Below are positions 27,544 to 40,343 of a DNA stretch of 64,000 nucleotides, piece after piece; the first letter of the stretch is position 1; each line of letters begins with the position of its first letter. The notes under the pieces were generated by a model, which saw only the letters and a program-made list of their open reading frames with translations, had not been told where the DNA came from and ran no database searches. A program made the position numbers and the translations under genes. The DNA comes from Rhizophagus irregularis. Its lineage: Eukaryota. Location of the stretch: assembly GCF_026210795.1 (NCBI RefSeq), contig NC_089433.1, positions 2,852,001-2,916,000 of the forward strand. The letters are read 5' to 3'.

Positions 27544-28185
27544 TTACAGCGCATAAACCATACATAATAGGACATCCTTCTTATCATTTTTAAGTTGGGA
27601 GATAGTAGCAGACAACTTGCCAATTTCCTTATCTTTTACGACTATAGATTTTTCTAAAGTTGTAATCTGAGATTTGTATTGCCACTCCAAGTCGGTAGAG
27701 TGAGATTTATGCTGGTCTTCTAGCTGATGCTTAAATGAAAATATTTTCTGCTTCATATCTACCATACAATTATTATATTCACTCTCTTTGCGAGCCATAA
27801 GAGCATCATATTCATCTTTTAGACGTTTGCGTTCCTCAACCTGAGCCTCAATGGTTTTCTTAATATTGTTCTAGAGGAATTCGTCCAGATATAAAAGAGT
27901 TGCTCACTAGGGAAGTTAATAGGTACTATAAGAAAAAAGATCGCCAGAAAATTAAGATCGAAGCAAATGTGATCCCAGAGGGATCCACCACTTTTTCCCG
28001 GCTGGATGGATTTGAAAAGCAGTTAGAGGAACGTGAGCTTCGTGTTCAGCAACGGGAGCCTGTTCTTCAGATAGGGGATTATTTTTGCGAGTTGTAAGAC
28101 GCAACCATACATCTTTTTTCATGGATGGGGGTAATTGGTCAAGCAAACTCTTATAGTGTTCGTTGAAATGTGATTGGCTGGTCAT
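27544..28185 (-). pseudogene. Coiled-coil hypothetical protein gene (213 aa when restored) disrupted by an internal inversion at 27871-28058
   Basis: The N-terminal part (MTSQSHFNEHY...EEQA) and C-terminal part (NNIKKTIEAQVEERKR...YAL*) are on the minus strand; the middle (RGIRPDIKELLTREV...QQRE) is on the plus strand. Re-inversion gives 642 nt without stops. Confidence 0.8.
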
Positions 28186-28387
28186 GTGTTCGAATAGGGT
28201 AAGTAATATAGTCTTGGAAAATTCCTGGAAAAAAAATATTCCTGGAAGTTCAGAAATTCCATTTATTCCCAGAAGTTTGGGTATTCCATATGTTTCTGGC
28301 AAAACTTTCCGCCTAGACAATAGCCAAAAAATTTGCCGAAACCTAGATTCCAGGAAAAATACTAAGAATATTCTCAGAAAATTCCTC

Positions 28388-29185
28388 CTAAACAATTGTG
28401 ATTTCTGTTCCATCTTCTAATTTTAACACTGGCCGATTAAGATGGTTTATAGATGGTAGTAAATTATTTTGTTTAGCATACAGAGATGAGATAAATATTT
28501 CGCTTGTATTACTTCTACAATTTGATGATTGATAAGAAGTTAGTGAAATCATTTCTTGCCTGGCTGGTGGAATACAAGCTGGCTCGAAATTTGGATCACT
28601 TGGTATAGTATTCTTTGCTATGGTTGCAGTCTCAGCCTTGAAGCAAGAGTTATCCCAATGATTCTTAATTAAATCTTCGGACTTAATCTCATAGCCTATC
28701 TGCGCCATCCATCAAAATATATTTTTCTTGGTTTTACTTCAGTGATCTTCACCAATTTCCAGCATTTAAAACAGATAGCCATCTGACTTTTATGAACACT
28801 AGGTCTGTGATAACTGATGGGAAGTTCTCTTCCCGCCCAGATGTTATAGTATGTTTTGGTTACTCCTTGCCCAAATGATCCGAAAAGGCAAAATACATGA
28901 TAAAAGCTTCTATAGCCTTCAGCAATCAATGTTTGCAAATCGTCTTTTACACGAATAGCCCATTGCTGTGGAGTTTCATACGAACTAATAATAGATAAAT
29001 TATCATTTATTTTTTCAACCTCAACCATCTTTTCGAATTGACTAGGATAAGGAAAACCATAACAGTTTCTAATATACTCCAGGACAAAGATTGATGGGTT
29101 TAGGCACAGAGTTATTATAAACCTTGTCTAAAATAATATCAATGCATTTATTAGGCCTAGGTCTATTAACAATATTCCCTGACAT
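28388..29185 (-). pseudogene. Frameshifted intronless hypothetical gene with a possible C-x2-C...H-x4-C zinc finger
   Basis: MSGNIVNRPRPNK start at 29185 joins by frameshift to ORF 28696-29028 (CFKC), which overlaps ORF 28388-28708 (HWDNSC) by 13 bp. Most simply one gene with two frameshifts. Confidence 0.45.
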
Positions 29186-29269
29186 ATTTATCAATTTATA
29201 GCATTTTTAACGATTTCTAGCAATCCTTTAACAACTTATACTAGATAATATCATGAGTGAAAGGTATGC

Positions 29270-29963
29270 AATTGAACTCTTCAGCATTTCTTGCCAGCAC
29301 CTAAAAGGAATAGGTATATCGGTATATTTATAATGTTCTGTGAGTTCATATCATAGATCTTCATACAAAGTTTTGGCTGGTTGATAAGTCCATTCTAAGC
29401 CAGTGCAATGAAGCAACGGTTTCAGTTTTATAAATTGTAACCCTATTGGAAATTTGGAATAGCGAAATATTGATCAGTCACAATTGGTTCATTTTGGTTG
29501 CCTAAAATAATTAAATACATACCATTGTGAAATTTGTCCATAATTTTAATTTTTGTTTGGTTTTGTAAGTCAGCAATTTTTTGTTGTAATTCAGCAATAA
29601 TTTTATCTAAGAATAAAACAATAATACGTTGCGATATCACGTTCATGTTGACCAATCATTACGACGCAAAGGCTTACCTTGATGTTCATCTAAATCGGAT
29701 TAGGAGACCAGAAAAGGCAAAGTTAGTTAATGTGTACTGAATATCAAAAAGTTAAGTCACATTATTTTTTAGAACATACTAGTCTTTAAGAAGGTTTCCT
29801 TATTAAAGTCAACTTTTTCATCAGCCGTTTCGCAAGTATCAAGAAAATTAACCATCCTATCTATTTCACTGGGATTATTATAGAAGTAAGTGCGTAGTTT
29901 TGTCTTATCCTTGTCAGTAAAAGTGAGATACTTAATTATATTGCAAATTTTTGTATCAGACAT
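29270..29963 (-). pseudogene. Decayed Crinkler-like P-loop gene (5' portion)
   Basis: Helical first exon MSDTKICN...KETFLKT ends at a GTATGT donor. A downstream remnant reads KPLLHCTGLEWTYQPAKTLYEDL...IPIYLFLLGAG..RNAEEF, resembling the LFLSGAGTGKSRNA P-loop of glomeromycotan CRN-type proteins, with the GKS deleted. Confidence 0.45.
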
Positions 29964-30133
29964 TTTGCATAAAATAATTTTTTTTTGAAAGACAAGAGAA
30001 TACAAAAGGGTTCTTTATAAACTCGTTGCTTATCAAACTTTCTGAGTCCGAAGTATCACAAACTTTCATATCAAACATTCCATCGCGTAAATATATAAAA
30101 AGTGATTGTCACACGTCATTGTGAGATATCTTG

Positions 30134-30319
30134 GCACTCAAGTTTCGTGGACGCGATTTGTGTCGATCTTCACCATATAAGGAACAAGTGACATTTAAGT
30201 GTCACCTGATCACGTGCAGCCACGAGTTCAAAAGTATCTGAGGGACAGTTTTTTTTAGTGTCAAAAATTTATTTGTCACCCCCGTGTCACAAAAAACCAC
30301 GCCCACAAAACTTGGGTGA
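30134..30319. mobile_element. Mutator-like MITE (186 bp), copy 2
   Basis: Homologous over its whole length to 17552-17737. Perfect 9-bp TSD GATATCTTG (30125-30133 and 30320-30328). Confidence 0.88.
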
Positions 30320-30800
30320 GATATCTTGAATATGTAGTCATAATATACCAGATGTCATAATATATCGGATATTCGGAAATTAACTAGAATTTATTATCAT
30401 TTATCACTTACAATAAAAAATAGTAACTGTTTTCTATACTACGATAATAAAAAAAATTATTCTATTTCACATTTTAGTTGACTATAGGTATAATAATATT
30501 GACTATAATAATTTTTGAAAAATAGATTTCATAATAAATTTTTTTTTCGGAATAATGTACAAAAAAAAAATTAAAAAATTCATTACAAAAATTCTATTTT
30601 AATTTTTTAATAATTTGATAGTAAAATTCTTTGGTTAGATTTATAGAACTTGGCGCGAAAATCTGATGTAGATTAAAAAACAACAAACTCCAAACAAAAA
30701 AAAAAAGAATCGCAATTAAAGATTTATTTCTTAATAATAAAAGTGAAAATGGATGAAATGGATGATAAATTTTGATCGACTTCAAAAACGGCAATTTCGG

Positions 30801-30991
30801 CACCTCTATAAGTGCACCCTCTATAAGTGCACGCACTATATAAATTCTCTTTAAGTGCACGGTGGACCTGGTCCCAACTTATAAGAGCTCTTAATATTTT
30901 ACTCTCTATAAATGCACACCCTCTCTAAGTGCACATTCTACTATTTTTTTACTATGGTCCCAAGGGGGGTGCACTTAGAGAGGTGTCACTG
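30801..30991. mobile_element. Tc1/mariner (pogo/Tigger-like) MITE with eroded left tip
   Basis: Right end GTGCACTTAGAGAGGTGTCACTG|TA (CAGTG terminus plus TA). Left CACCTCTATAAGTGCACC is its inverted match. Internal CTCTMTAAGTGCAC repeats. Confidence 0.65.
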
Positions 30992-31241
30992 TATAATTGA
31001 TCGACCAAATTTGATCGATAATGTGAATTTATCATTATATCGGTTATTAATCGATTAAATTCCCTATAATACAAATAGTATAGCTGATAGCATATCACGC
31101 TCTCTAAACCTCTTAAAAGAATGCGGATGACACTATTTATGTTTTAATATTAAATGAGCCTTCGCGAATCCCATGCAAGATGCGGAATGACTTTATGTGT
31201 ATGGTTATTCTCATACTAAGAGTTAATCATTATTGTCTTAC

Positions 31242-31345
31242 TTGCAAGTCAAAATATAAACGGTAATGAATTCAACGGAGATCAATTAATTGCAAGTCAA
31301 AATATAAACGGTAATGAATTCAACGGAGATCAATTAATTGCAAGT
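31242..31345. repeat. Perfect 48-bp tandem duplication (2.2 copies)
   Basis: TTGCAAGTCAAAATATAAACGGTAATGAATTCAACGGAGATCAATTAA x2 followed by TTGCAAGT. Confidence 0.9.
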
Positions 31346-32153
31346 TTTAAAGTTTAGAAGACAGTTTGATCTAATGCTATCGGTATTTATACTATATAAA
31401 TTCAGTTGACACATAATCCTGATCAGGAAAGAAGAAACAAAAGAGCCAAGGAGAGCGTGAAATTAGTTTGATTCGTGATTCACCGATCTAGTAGCATAAA
31501 ATACTTATCTGTTCACTAATTCATTCTGGAAAACTGCAAAAATTAGCCAATCAGGTGACACATTCTTAAATGCAATTTTCAGCCACAAAAACATCACATT
31601 CATAACCATACGCCTCAATTGAAATTATTTCTACTTTGTCTTTTATTCAAAAGTTTTAATAGTGGGCAACGTCTTGTTGTTGTTTTCTTATATTAATCAC
31701 ATTCTATTATCGAATTAATTGTAATTGTTCTCGATCGTAAAGGATGGTGTAATGATAATGTAATTTTACTTTAACTCGGTAAAATTTTAAAATTATTGAT
31801 AGTCTATTCATATTCTATGCACCTGCATTTTGCGCAGGTTGATTCATTTGATTAATAATAGTTTCTTCTACTTTTCTAATAAATGATAAATGTAAATATA
31901 TAAAACTAGATGTCGGTGAACGGTAACAGTATGCTGTATATTCCTATAAACGAAAAATAAACTTTTTAAAATAGAAGTCAAATAAAAAGTTATGAGCAAA
32001 AACAGATTTATGAGAAATGATCCTATATTTTTTTTATTAGTTATATAAAAAAGCATTTCATAATTTTAAAATTATTAAATTCAATTTATTACAGAGCAGA
32101 GTGAATTATCATTATCATAATATTAAAAAATTTTTATTTAACAATATACAAAT

Positions 32154-33480
32154 TTAATTAAAATTTACGTTTCTATTTTTAATAATTTGATATACTTCAT
32201 AATCTTCTATTAAGAAATTACCTTCATCCTTTATTCTTTTTTCATAATAATTCTTTTTATAGTAAAAGGTATTATAATTATGTATTTGTGTCTTCATTAA
32301 TTGACCGTATAACAAGGTCAATACCAAAACATGGACCATGTTTATAATAATTACTTATTGCACGAGATATATTTTCTTAATAGCATATTTAAAAAGTTTA
32401 TTCTCATTCATAAAAGAAAATATAAAGCTATCTTTCGTATTTCCCCACGTATCAGAATTTATATTAAAGAGTTATTATATCCACCAATAATCTCTTTCGT
32501 TCCATTTACTTTAATAAATGTGACGGTATTAGGTTTATCATCACATAAAGTATGAAATTTTTTAGTAGTAAATCCGTTTCGGCTTCGTCTTAGTAGCAAT
32601 TCTAGTTTATATGGTAAATATAATTCTCTGATTTGAGAAAATTTATCTATAATAACTCTCTTGTCAATCATGTGAAATAATCAAATTATTAACAATTTTT
32701 GAATCGTTAACTTTAATATTTCTAGGTTCCAAATATAAAATTGACGTTTAAATAATTTTTGATATTGGCGAACTTTTTGTGAGAATTCAATAAAAAAAAT
32801 CTGATGAATGATAAGCAATGTTGTAAAGTATTCTCCATTGTCTTGAAGTCATTATCAGACCAAGTATTAGGAGTAGGATTTTGTGCGATACCCATTTAAT
32901 ACATGTTGCCAAACTTCAATTTCTTCCATTTGTAAATCATCACTTTTAATTAATAAGTTGAACTAAAGATGTTTCAGGAATTGACGTGAAATCAATTGAG
33001 TTAAATATTTTATCCGGAGATCTTGCCATCAAATTCGTACAGAATTGTTGAATTACTGTTAGAGAAGTAAATTGAATTCCATCCATTGAGATTCATTTTC
33101 AATTAAATAATTTTGTAAATAATCGATTAGTTCTTGATGCAGCTATTAGGACTTTAAGAACATCCGAAGTGTCTAGTTTATTCAATGAAAGGACACCGCC
33201 ATAAATATACCTTTATTATAAACAAAAATTTAACAGTTTAAGATTATGGTAAATTCATAAAGATGTTATATAATTTTTATTTTACCTTAAAATAATTTGA
33301 AAGATATCAGGTGATATATTCGACAATCTAAAACACTATCGCTATTCTTTTTATCAAAACTTTCCGTAAATACGGAGAACGGCAACACAAAATATTCATA
33401 TGTGCACGAAAAAATTTCACATTAGCGTCTAATAATTCAATATAATTATGAATTAATTTTGAAAGAAATTGTATTGACAT
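32154..33480 (-). pseudogene. BTB/POZ-BACK-TLDc pseudogene (third paralog)
   Basis: ATG at 33480 (MSIQFLSKL), ILR|YIYGG intron, and BACK and TLDc remnants (RELYLPYKLELLLRRSRNGFT, EIIGGYN, EDYEVYQ), with several deletions and frameshifts relative to the two intact copies. Confidence 0.85.
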
Positions 33481-34436
33481 GTTTTAATATTTTTTTTTTT
33501 TTTAAAAGAAAAAGTTTTAACGAGAAGGAAAATGAATTAAACTCCAAAGTTAACGGCAAAAAAATTGTTTGAAAAAAATAAACGTTTAGAAAAGTTTAAA
33601 AACTTGTAATTTGAATATTATATTTCGAAGTTTGTATAGCACTAAAATACCCGGAGTCTAAATCAATTTAAAAATTGAATTTTACCCGTGGGTATTTCTC
33701 ACTTTATAATGCAAATTTTAGTTTTTCGCTCCGGACTTACCGTTTTCCTAATATTTATTTTTTAGAAAATTTGTAAAAAATTTTTTTCAATTATTTTTAG
33801 AAGTATTTTTGCTAAATCATATGAACTCAGTTAGGTCGTCATGTGAGTATTATTATCTGTATTAAAATTGTATGTTGCATCGTGTTATGTTTGAATTTTA
33901 TGACCTGAGGATTTTTACCAATATATGAATACTATATGAATATAATTAGTCGTGTTAGTGTTGTCAAAAAACCCTACGTATAGTTATTATCATCTACCCC
34001 TACGTTAGAGGCCGGCATTAGTTTAATTATTGATCGCGAACTTTATAATTGATAAGGTATAAAATATTTAAAAAATTTCTTTATTTTTTTTTTTGAAAAA
34101 AAAATTGCAAAATAACTAGCTATTATAATAAGTTCCAATTTCTCTGTGTCAGCTATAAATCTTGATCTTGATCATAATTAATTATAATTTAAAAAATAAA
34201 AAAATATTTAAGAAATTTATTTGAAAAATTTATAAAATTTATTTAAAAAACTTTTTAAGAATCTATTAAAATATTTTTAATGGAGAAATATTTAAAAAAT
34301 AAAAAAAAATTCCCAAAATAACTACTAGTTGTCCCCCCGATCATAATTCAATTAAATTTTGATCTTGATCAAAATTATAATTGCCGTTTGAACTAAGTTA
34401 TAAGGTCCTAATAAATCCATTAGTTCCATGGACGCA

Positions 34437-35020
34437 TTATAACTGTTTTGGTTGTTGACATTTTATCCATGATATCATATTTTCAAAAGAATCATAATCT
34501 ATTTCAGAAGGATGATATGATGCATAATACCAAGCATAAGCTTTAGACTCCATTCTACTACGAGCATCAGGTAAAATAACAATAGATCCTTCGATAAAAA
34601 ATTCTTGTTCGAATAATTTTTTATAATGTCTTTTAATTGGAATTACTGCTTCCAAGTTTCTTTTTATCAACTTTTGTAATAATAGTTTACTTCAATTTCA
34701 GTATTAATTCCGAATTGAATCATTATTCCTCGTGCGTAATCCAAAAACTCCTCATATAATCTTTGATCGAAATTTTCTAAATTTGTTTCTTCCATAAAAT
34801 CTGGAAATTCGCTAGCCGTTTTAGGGTAATCTACGGCATAGAATGATTTGTGCTATATTGCTCATTTAGTAATGCACAAAACCTTGAAGGAATCTGCTTT
34901 CGATAAATGAGCGTTCGCGATCGATCATATCAAGTTTGTCAGAAAAGATATAATTCGCGAAAAATTTCTTTATATCCTCTATGTCTACATTTTGCCTGAT
35001 AATTCATAGGCTCATACATT
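34437..35020 (-). pseudogene. Fragment of a eukaryotic (RNAi-type) RNA-dependent RNA polymerase, C-terminal half, heavily deleted
   Basis: Across frameshifts, in the canonical order: EPMNY, FFANYIFSDKL..IANAHLSKAD, AVDYPKT, FPDFME, MIQFGINTEIEV, KAYAWYYASYHP. These match RDR/QDE-1-family motifs (PMDY, NYxxxDxLGxIANAH, AVDFPKTG, YPDFM, KASAWYxVTYHP). Confidence 0.8.
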
Positions 35021-36756
35021 TTGTGTTTGAGGTGTGAATGTTTATAAAATTTAATTTTTGATAGTTTATTAATAAAAAAAGAAATTGTTTGTTTAAAATG
35101 AATAAATAATTCGTTGGTATTCATTCTTTAAATCTTTCTTTCTGTTTATTTAAAAGAAAAGATTTTTTTATAGAGTTACAAATACCCTGATCCCAGGTTC
35201 CTTTTATATTTGAAAAGAAAAATATTTCATGATCCCATAAACAGGTAAACGATCAACAAAAACACTTGTTTGTGATACGCAATTGATGTGGCTGAAATAA
35301 ACAAATAAAAATCGATTTTTTTCCCATGTTAAATTGCAGCCTCCTTTATTTTATTAATTTTATTATCGAAATTGTCGGAAAAAAAAAAATTTTAGATCTT
35401 TTTATTAAATATCAAAGGAAAAAAAATTTTTTTTTTTTTATTTTAAAAAATGAAAGAAACTTCTATGAATTTTTTTTTCGTTAAATAAATTACAGCCCCA
35501 AAAAAAAATTTTTTCAGCCCGTTGGATGTTGGATTTGATGTAACATTGTGTAATATAATATACAGTTTAAAAAAGAATAACGTGGCTATGAGTCGCTGAT
35601 CGGTTATGATTTTTTTTTGTACCATCATATCCTGAACTGCACTGCATTTTGACAATCATATGAATTGACAAGCCTGTCAGGAAGCCACATCAGGGGCACA
35701 ACTAAGCCACCGTTTTTTTATTTATGTCTTTTTAAAAATATAAAACTTATTATAATATTTTTTAATTAAACTTATTAAATCTACGTTTGAAAAGAAACAT
35801 TGCAATTTTGTAACTGTAGCTTTATTTCTTGTTAAATGTGGCAAAATTTCTCGGTATCGGAACAATTATAAAAAACAATTACCGCATCTTCCGTAGAGAT
35901 TTCACAACATAAAAAAATTTGTAAAATTAATCATACGATAGATACATTTTTTTTTCATATGGCTGTACATCAAATATCTGATAATGACACAAAAAAAAGT
36001 TTATTTTTTTATCCTTTTACAGAACTAAAAGTTCCATTCTACTGTTTATTGGTCGGATGTAACATTTTAATACGTATACTGTACCCATGGTCAGTATCCC
36101 GATTTGTATCCATAGTCAGGAATTTTTATCAATCTATTTGCCATAAATGTAGAACAAGATGAGAAAATCATTTTTTGTAATATTTTTTAAATCTTTTAAT
36201 TCTCTTTTTTTTTTGTTTTTTGTTGTACCGAAAAATATGTATAACAAATTGTAAGAATACTTACATTATAACTTTCGATAAATAGTGTATATTGTTCCTT
36301 CAAATAATATTTTTTACAAATAATTTGAGCGTTTCTTTTTAATAATTAAAAATATTTTGAACATATACTTTCGTACTACAGTTATATGCAATTGCCAAAA
36401 TTAGAAACAATCAATACTGTAATACTTGGATCGGGTACAAACTTTATCCGTGAAAAAGGCTTATTTGTGTGAAAAAAAATTTCAATAAAATAATGATTAC
36501 TGATTAAGTTTCATTGATGTAACAAATAAACTGGTGGGAATATTCTACATCAATGATGGATAAATCAGTCGGCATTACAAACCAAACCATATATGACACA
36601 TCGATAGACGATCATTAAAGTTTTTAAATAAATTTTCACATGACTCATTTGATTAAGGATAACCATTATTTTTTACTACAATCTCTCGAATAGATCATCC
36701 CTCAAACGAAAATTTCGAACGTTTCAAACATTGAACGTGTTTCACATGAAAAAACA

Positions 36757-37282
36757 TATTTCCAAATTGGAATATGCAAGCCGCCAAGCCCTAAAGTCCA
36801 ATTATTGGTTTGATAACCAGATATTATAAACTAAATCAAATAGAATGTTAATTGGAATCAGCATCTTAACCGTTTTACCATTGACCGGTTTTTACAAAAA
36901 GAAAACAGCAATCCACCAAAGCCTCTAAAGTTATTGACTTAGCCACACATTATAAACTAGGTCATATGAAAGTTGGTATAATCAGCCAACTGGTTTTTAT
37001 TTCCAAATTGGAATATGCAAGCCGCCAAGCCCCTAAAGTCCAATTATTGTTTTGATAACCAGATATCAAATAGAATGTTAATTGGAATCAGCATCTTAAC
37101 AGTTTCACCATTGACCGGTTTTTACAAAAAGAAAACAGCAATCCACCAAAGCCTCTAAAGTTATTGACTTAGCCACACATTATAAACTAGATCATATGCA
37201 AGTTGTTATAATCAGCCTTATCATTAACTGATTTTTATTTTCAAATTGGAATATGCAAGCCGCCAAGCCCCTAAAGTCCAAT
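36757..37282. repeat. Tandem repeat, ~240-bp unit, about 2.2 copies
   Basis: Unit starts CAAATTGGAATATGCAAGCCGCCAAGCCC at ~36763, ~37003 and ~37242. Units are near-identical apart from small indels. Confidence 0.9.
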
Positions 37283-37746
37283 GAACTAAATCCATTTTAA
37301 AGTTATTTCTTTTCATTTTACTAATGTTTTTTTTTTCTACGACCTCCATTTCGTCATTAAAGTTCAAGAGTAGGGATTGGAATCGATAATCGAATCAAAA
37401 TCGAATCTCATTTGTTGAAGAGAGAATTGAAATTAAACAAAAAAATTAATTCAACATTACATCCAAAAATTAAATGCATGATTTAAAATATTTTCAAAAA
37501 AATTGATCGATAAATTGGCCTTCAAAGACGAAATGATCGGCAAATGATTATAGTAATTTATCTGTGCCAAAAATTCAGACGTGCGTCAGGCAAATCATTT
37601 GACATTTACGTAAGTTTAACACAAAGTTCACACAAAAACTTACAAAAGGTTACATAATATTTACACAAATTTACGTAAGTCACATTCCCGTCACATGAAT
37701 GTTCGCATTTCCTTTTTTATAAGCTTTTTAATTTATTTTTCATTTT

Positions 37747-37964
37747 GGTATCGGGACATTTCGCCGAAAGCCATTTCACCGAAAAATAATCTCTTATACT
37801 AATTTATTTTTCATCCATTTTGGTATCGGGACATTTCACCGAAAAGCCATTTCGCCGAAAAATAATCTCTGGCCTGAGTTATTTATAATTCTGCATAATG
37901 TTGGCCCTATTTTTGGGCGAAACGTCCTTCGGCGAAACGGCTTTCGGCGAAATGTACCGTATCC
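37747..37964 (+). mobile_element. MITE with CATTTCGCCGAA subterminal repeats (complete copy 37822-37964 plus a duplicated left end at 37747-37793)
   Basis: Ends GGTATCGGGACATTTC.CCGAAA / TTTCGGCGAAATGTACCGTATCC. An inverted homolog lies at 43001-43128 and a related terminus at 56547. Confidence 0.8.
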
Positions 37965-38622
37965 TTAAGATTTATTCTAAAAATTAATTCACAGCTTGAG
38001 CTACATGAATTTATCATTTGGATTAGATAGTGCGTGCTATTGTTGAATTTTAATTACAGCAACAAATACTTTTAAGGACGACTTAATTGCCCAAAATTAC
38101 CAAGGTTAACCATAGTTTAAGTGTTCTTATATTTTTATTATGCAATTTTATTTTTATTTTTATTTCACAAAGTTATACAAAGTCGCAGTACAAATTATAG
38201 GGACAAATTAAAAAAAAAGCCGAAAATAATTCTAACACTAACGACCAAATCGCGACCACGAATGGAGGCGATGACACCTTGGTCTTGAAAACAGTAGGAG
38301 ACGGAGGCATTCCAAGAATACCGCCGGGTATTTTTATTATGCACAATCATGACTGTATGATTGTTATAAATTAATTGTAATCAATTGTATATTTCACGAC
38401 AAACACAAAAAATTATTTTCCAAATATGAATATAAATATAAATTACTTTATTGGATATTTATATGAAAAATAAAGTAGTTATGTAATAATTTTTCACGGT
38501 TTCTGACCATAAAACTATTAAACATACCTATGGACTTATAATTCTAATATTGATTATGAAATAATGATATTTAATGATATTTTATGTTATTATGCTAAAT
38601 TGTACTTTAAATATAGTATCTG

Positions 38623-40343
38623 TTAAACCACTCTTTTTCTAGGAGTGAGTTTAACGTTTAATTCTTTACAGATGGTGATAGTTGATGTTTCAACTTGAAG
38701 AGGTGCTTGCATATCTACTAATTCAACATCAAATTTTCTATAAATTAATGCTAATAATGTTTTCATTTCAATCATTGCAATCTTTCTACCTAAACACATT
38801 CTTGGACCTCCGCCAAACATTGAAAATGAATTTTTATGTTGATTTTCAATCTCTTGAGGATCATAAAATCTTTCTGGATCGAATTTTTCGGGATCTTTCC
38901 AGTAAAGTGGATTGGTATTAATTCCACGAACATACAATATAAATAATACATTTGATGGCCATTCGTATCCTGCTACTTTATCAGATTTACTACTATATCT
39001 CGATACCATGCTAACTGTGGGTCTTACTCTTGATGTTTCTTTAATTACTGCTTCACAATATTTTAATTTTTCAAGGTCATCAAATGTGATTGGTCTGTTA
39101 AAATCATCTTGGAAAACCGATTCAATCTCTTCTACCAATTTCTTTTTAACATCTGGATTATGCGATAAGTAATATAATGCAAAACAAAAAGTGTTTACCG
39201 TCTATAAAATAAAAACATTTAAATATTTGTTAACCACATTATAATAAATATAATAAAAATGTAAGTATATTTTTTAACAAACAAACATACCGTATCTGTA
39301 CCAGCGACAAATGCATCGAACATAACACCACGTATTTCATCATCAGTCATTGGTCTTAATAATGATGGAACAGCATTTTTTTGAGGTTGAGGATCATATT
39401 GTGTATTAGCAATAATCAGAGATGTAAGTAAATCATTTTTTTTTGAAATAAATTTATTTATATCATCAGAATTTTTCATTTCTTCTCTTCTTTTTCTGAC
39501 AATTTCTACCAATTTTCCATAAAAATAATTACAATTACCCAACATATGATCCACTCGACTTTTAATAATAGGAAAATTTCTCAAAATTTTTGGTACAAAT
39601 AAAATTTGATTATCTGATACAAAAGTATTTATACTTTCAATAAAATTTTCAGAATCAATCATCTCTTTGGTAACTTCTTCATTTTTTATCATACGATAAT
39701 AATAATTTATCGTAGACATCTGTTGTCCTGTTGTCAACAAAGAAATAAAATCGCTCGTAAATCGACGCATCCAAGTAGAAATATCAATAACTACTGAGTC
39801 ATCATTTTTATGTTTTAAATCTATCCAATAGTTTGACATTTCTTCGAATAATAAATTCACATATTGACTTGGTTTATTAGTTGAACTTAATGGCATAACA
39901 GCCTGTAAAAAAATATGTCGATTAAATTTCCAATGTTGATAATCATGGTTCAATCCTACACCTTTCTTTTCAAGGTCAAATAAATCTAAAAGACCATTAT
40001 TAGCGGTCCTCATAATATGATTTATAGATGATGAATTTGATGCCAAAAATTTTTCAACATATTCAGCACGAGTAATTACGATTTGTCTATTGCCAGCAAT
40101 ATTTAATTCAAATACACCATCATGTTCACAACTTTTATTTAATTTATAAAACCAAGCATCGATATCATTTTTAAAAATTTCAAAACTACCTATTAATGGG
40201 ATTGGTATTGGACCAGGAAGTGGATTAATACGAGTAAAATGTTTATAATAAAAACGAATTATATATAAACAAATTAGAGATAATAATGTGATGAAAATAT
40301 CTTTTAGGTTAGCACCACTAAGGATTGTGTATAATAAACTCAT
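38623..40343 (-). CDS. Cytochrome P450, 543 aa; exons 40343-39291 and 39201-38623
   Basis: N-terminal anchor and PLPGPIPIPLIG, I-helix AGTDT|T split by a GT-AG intron, K-helix ETSR, PERF, and heme motif FGGGPRMCLG. Confidence 0.95.

Noticed and set aside
31080..31500. Slightly GC-richer stretch considered as a group I intron or structured ncRNA
   Set aside because: No convincing P/Q/R/S core elements; only the 48-bp tandem duplication is supported.
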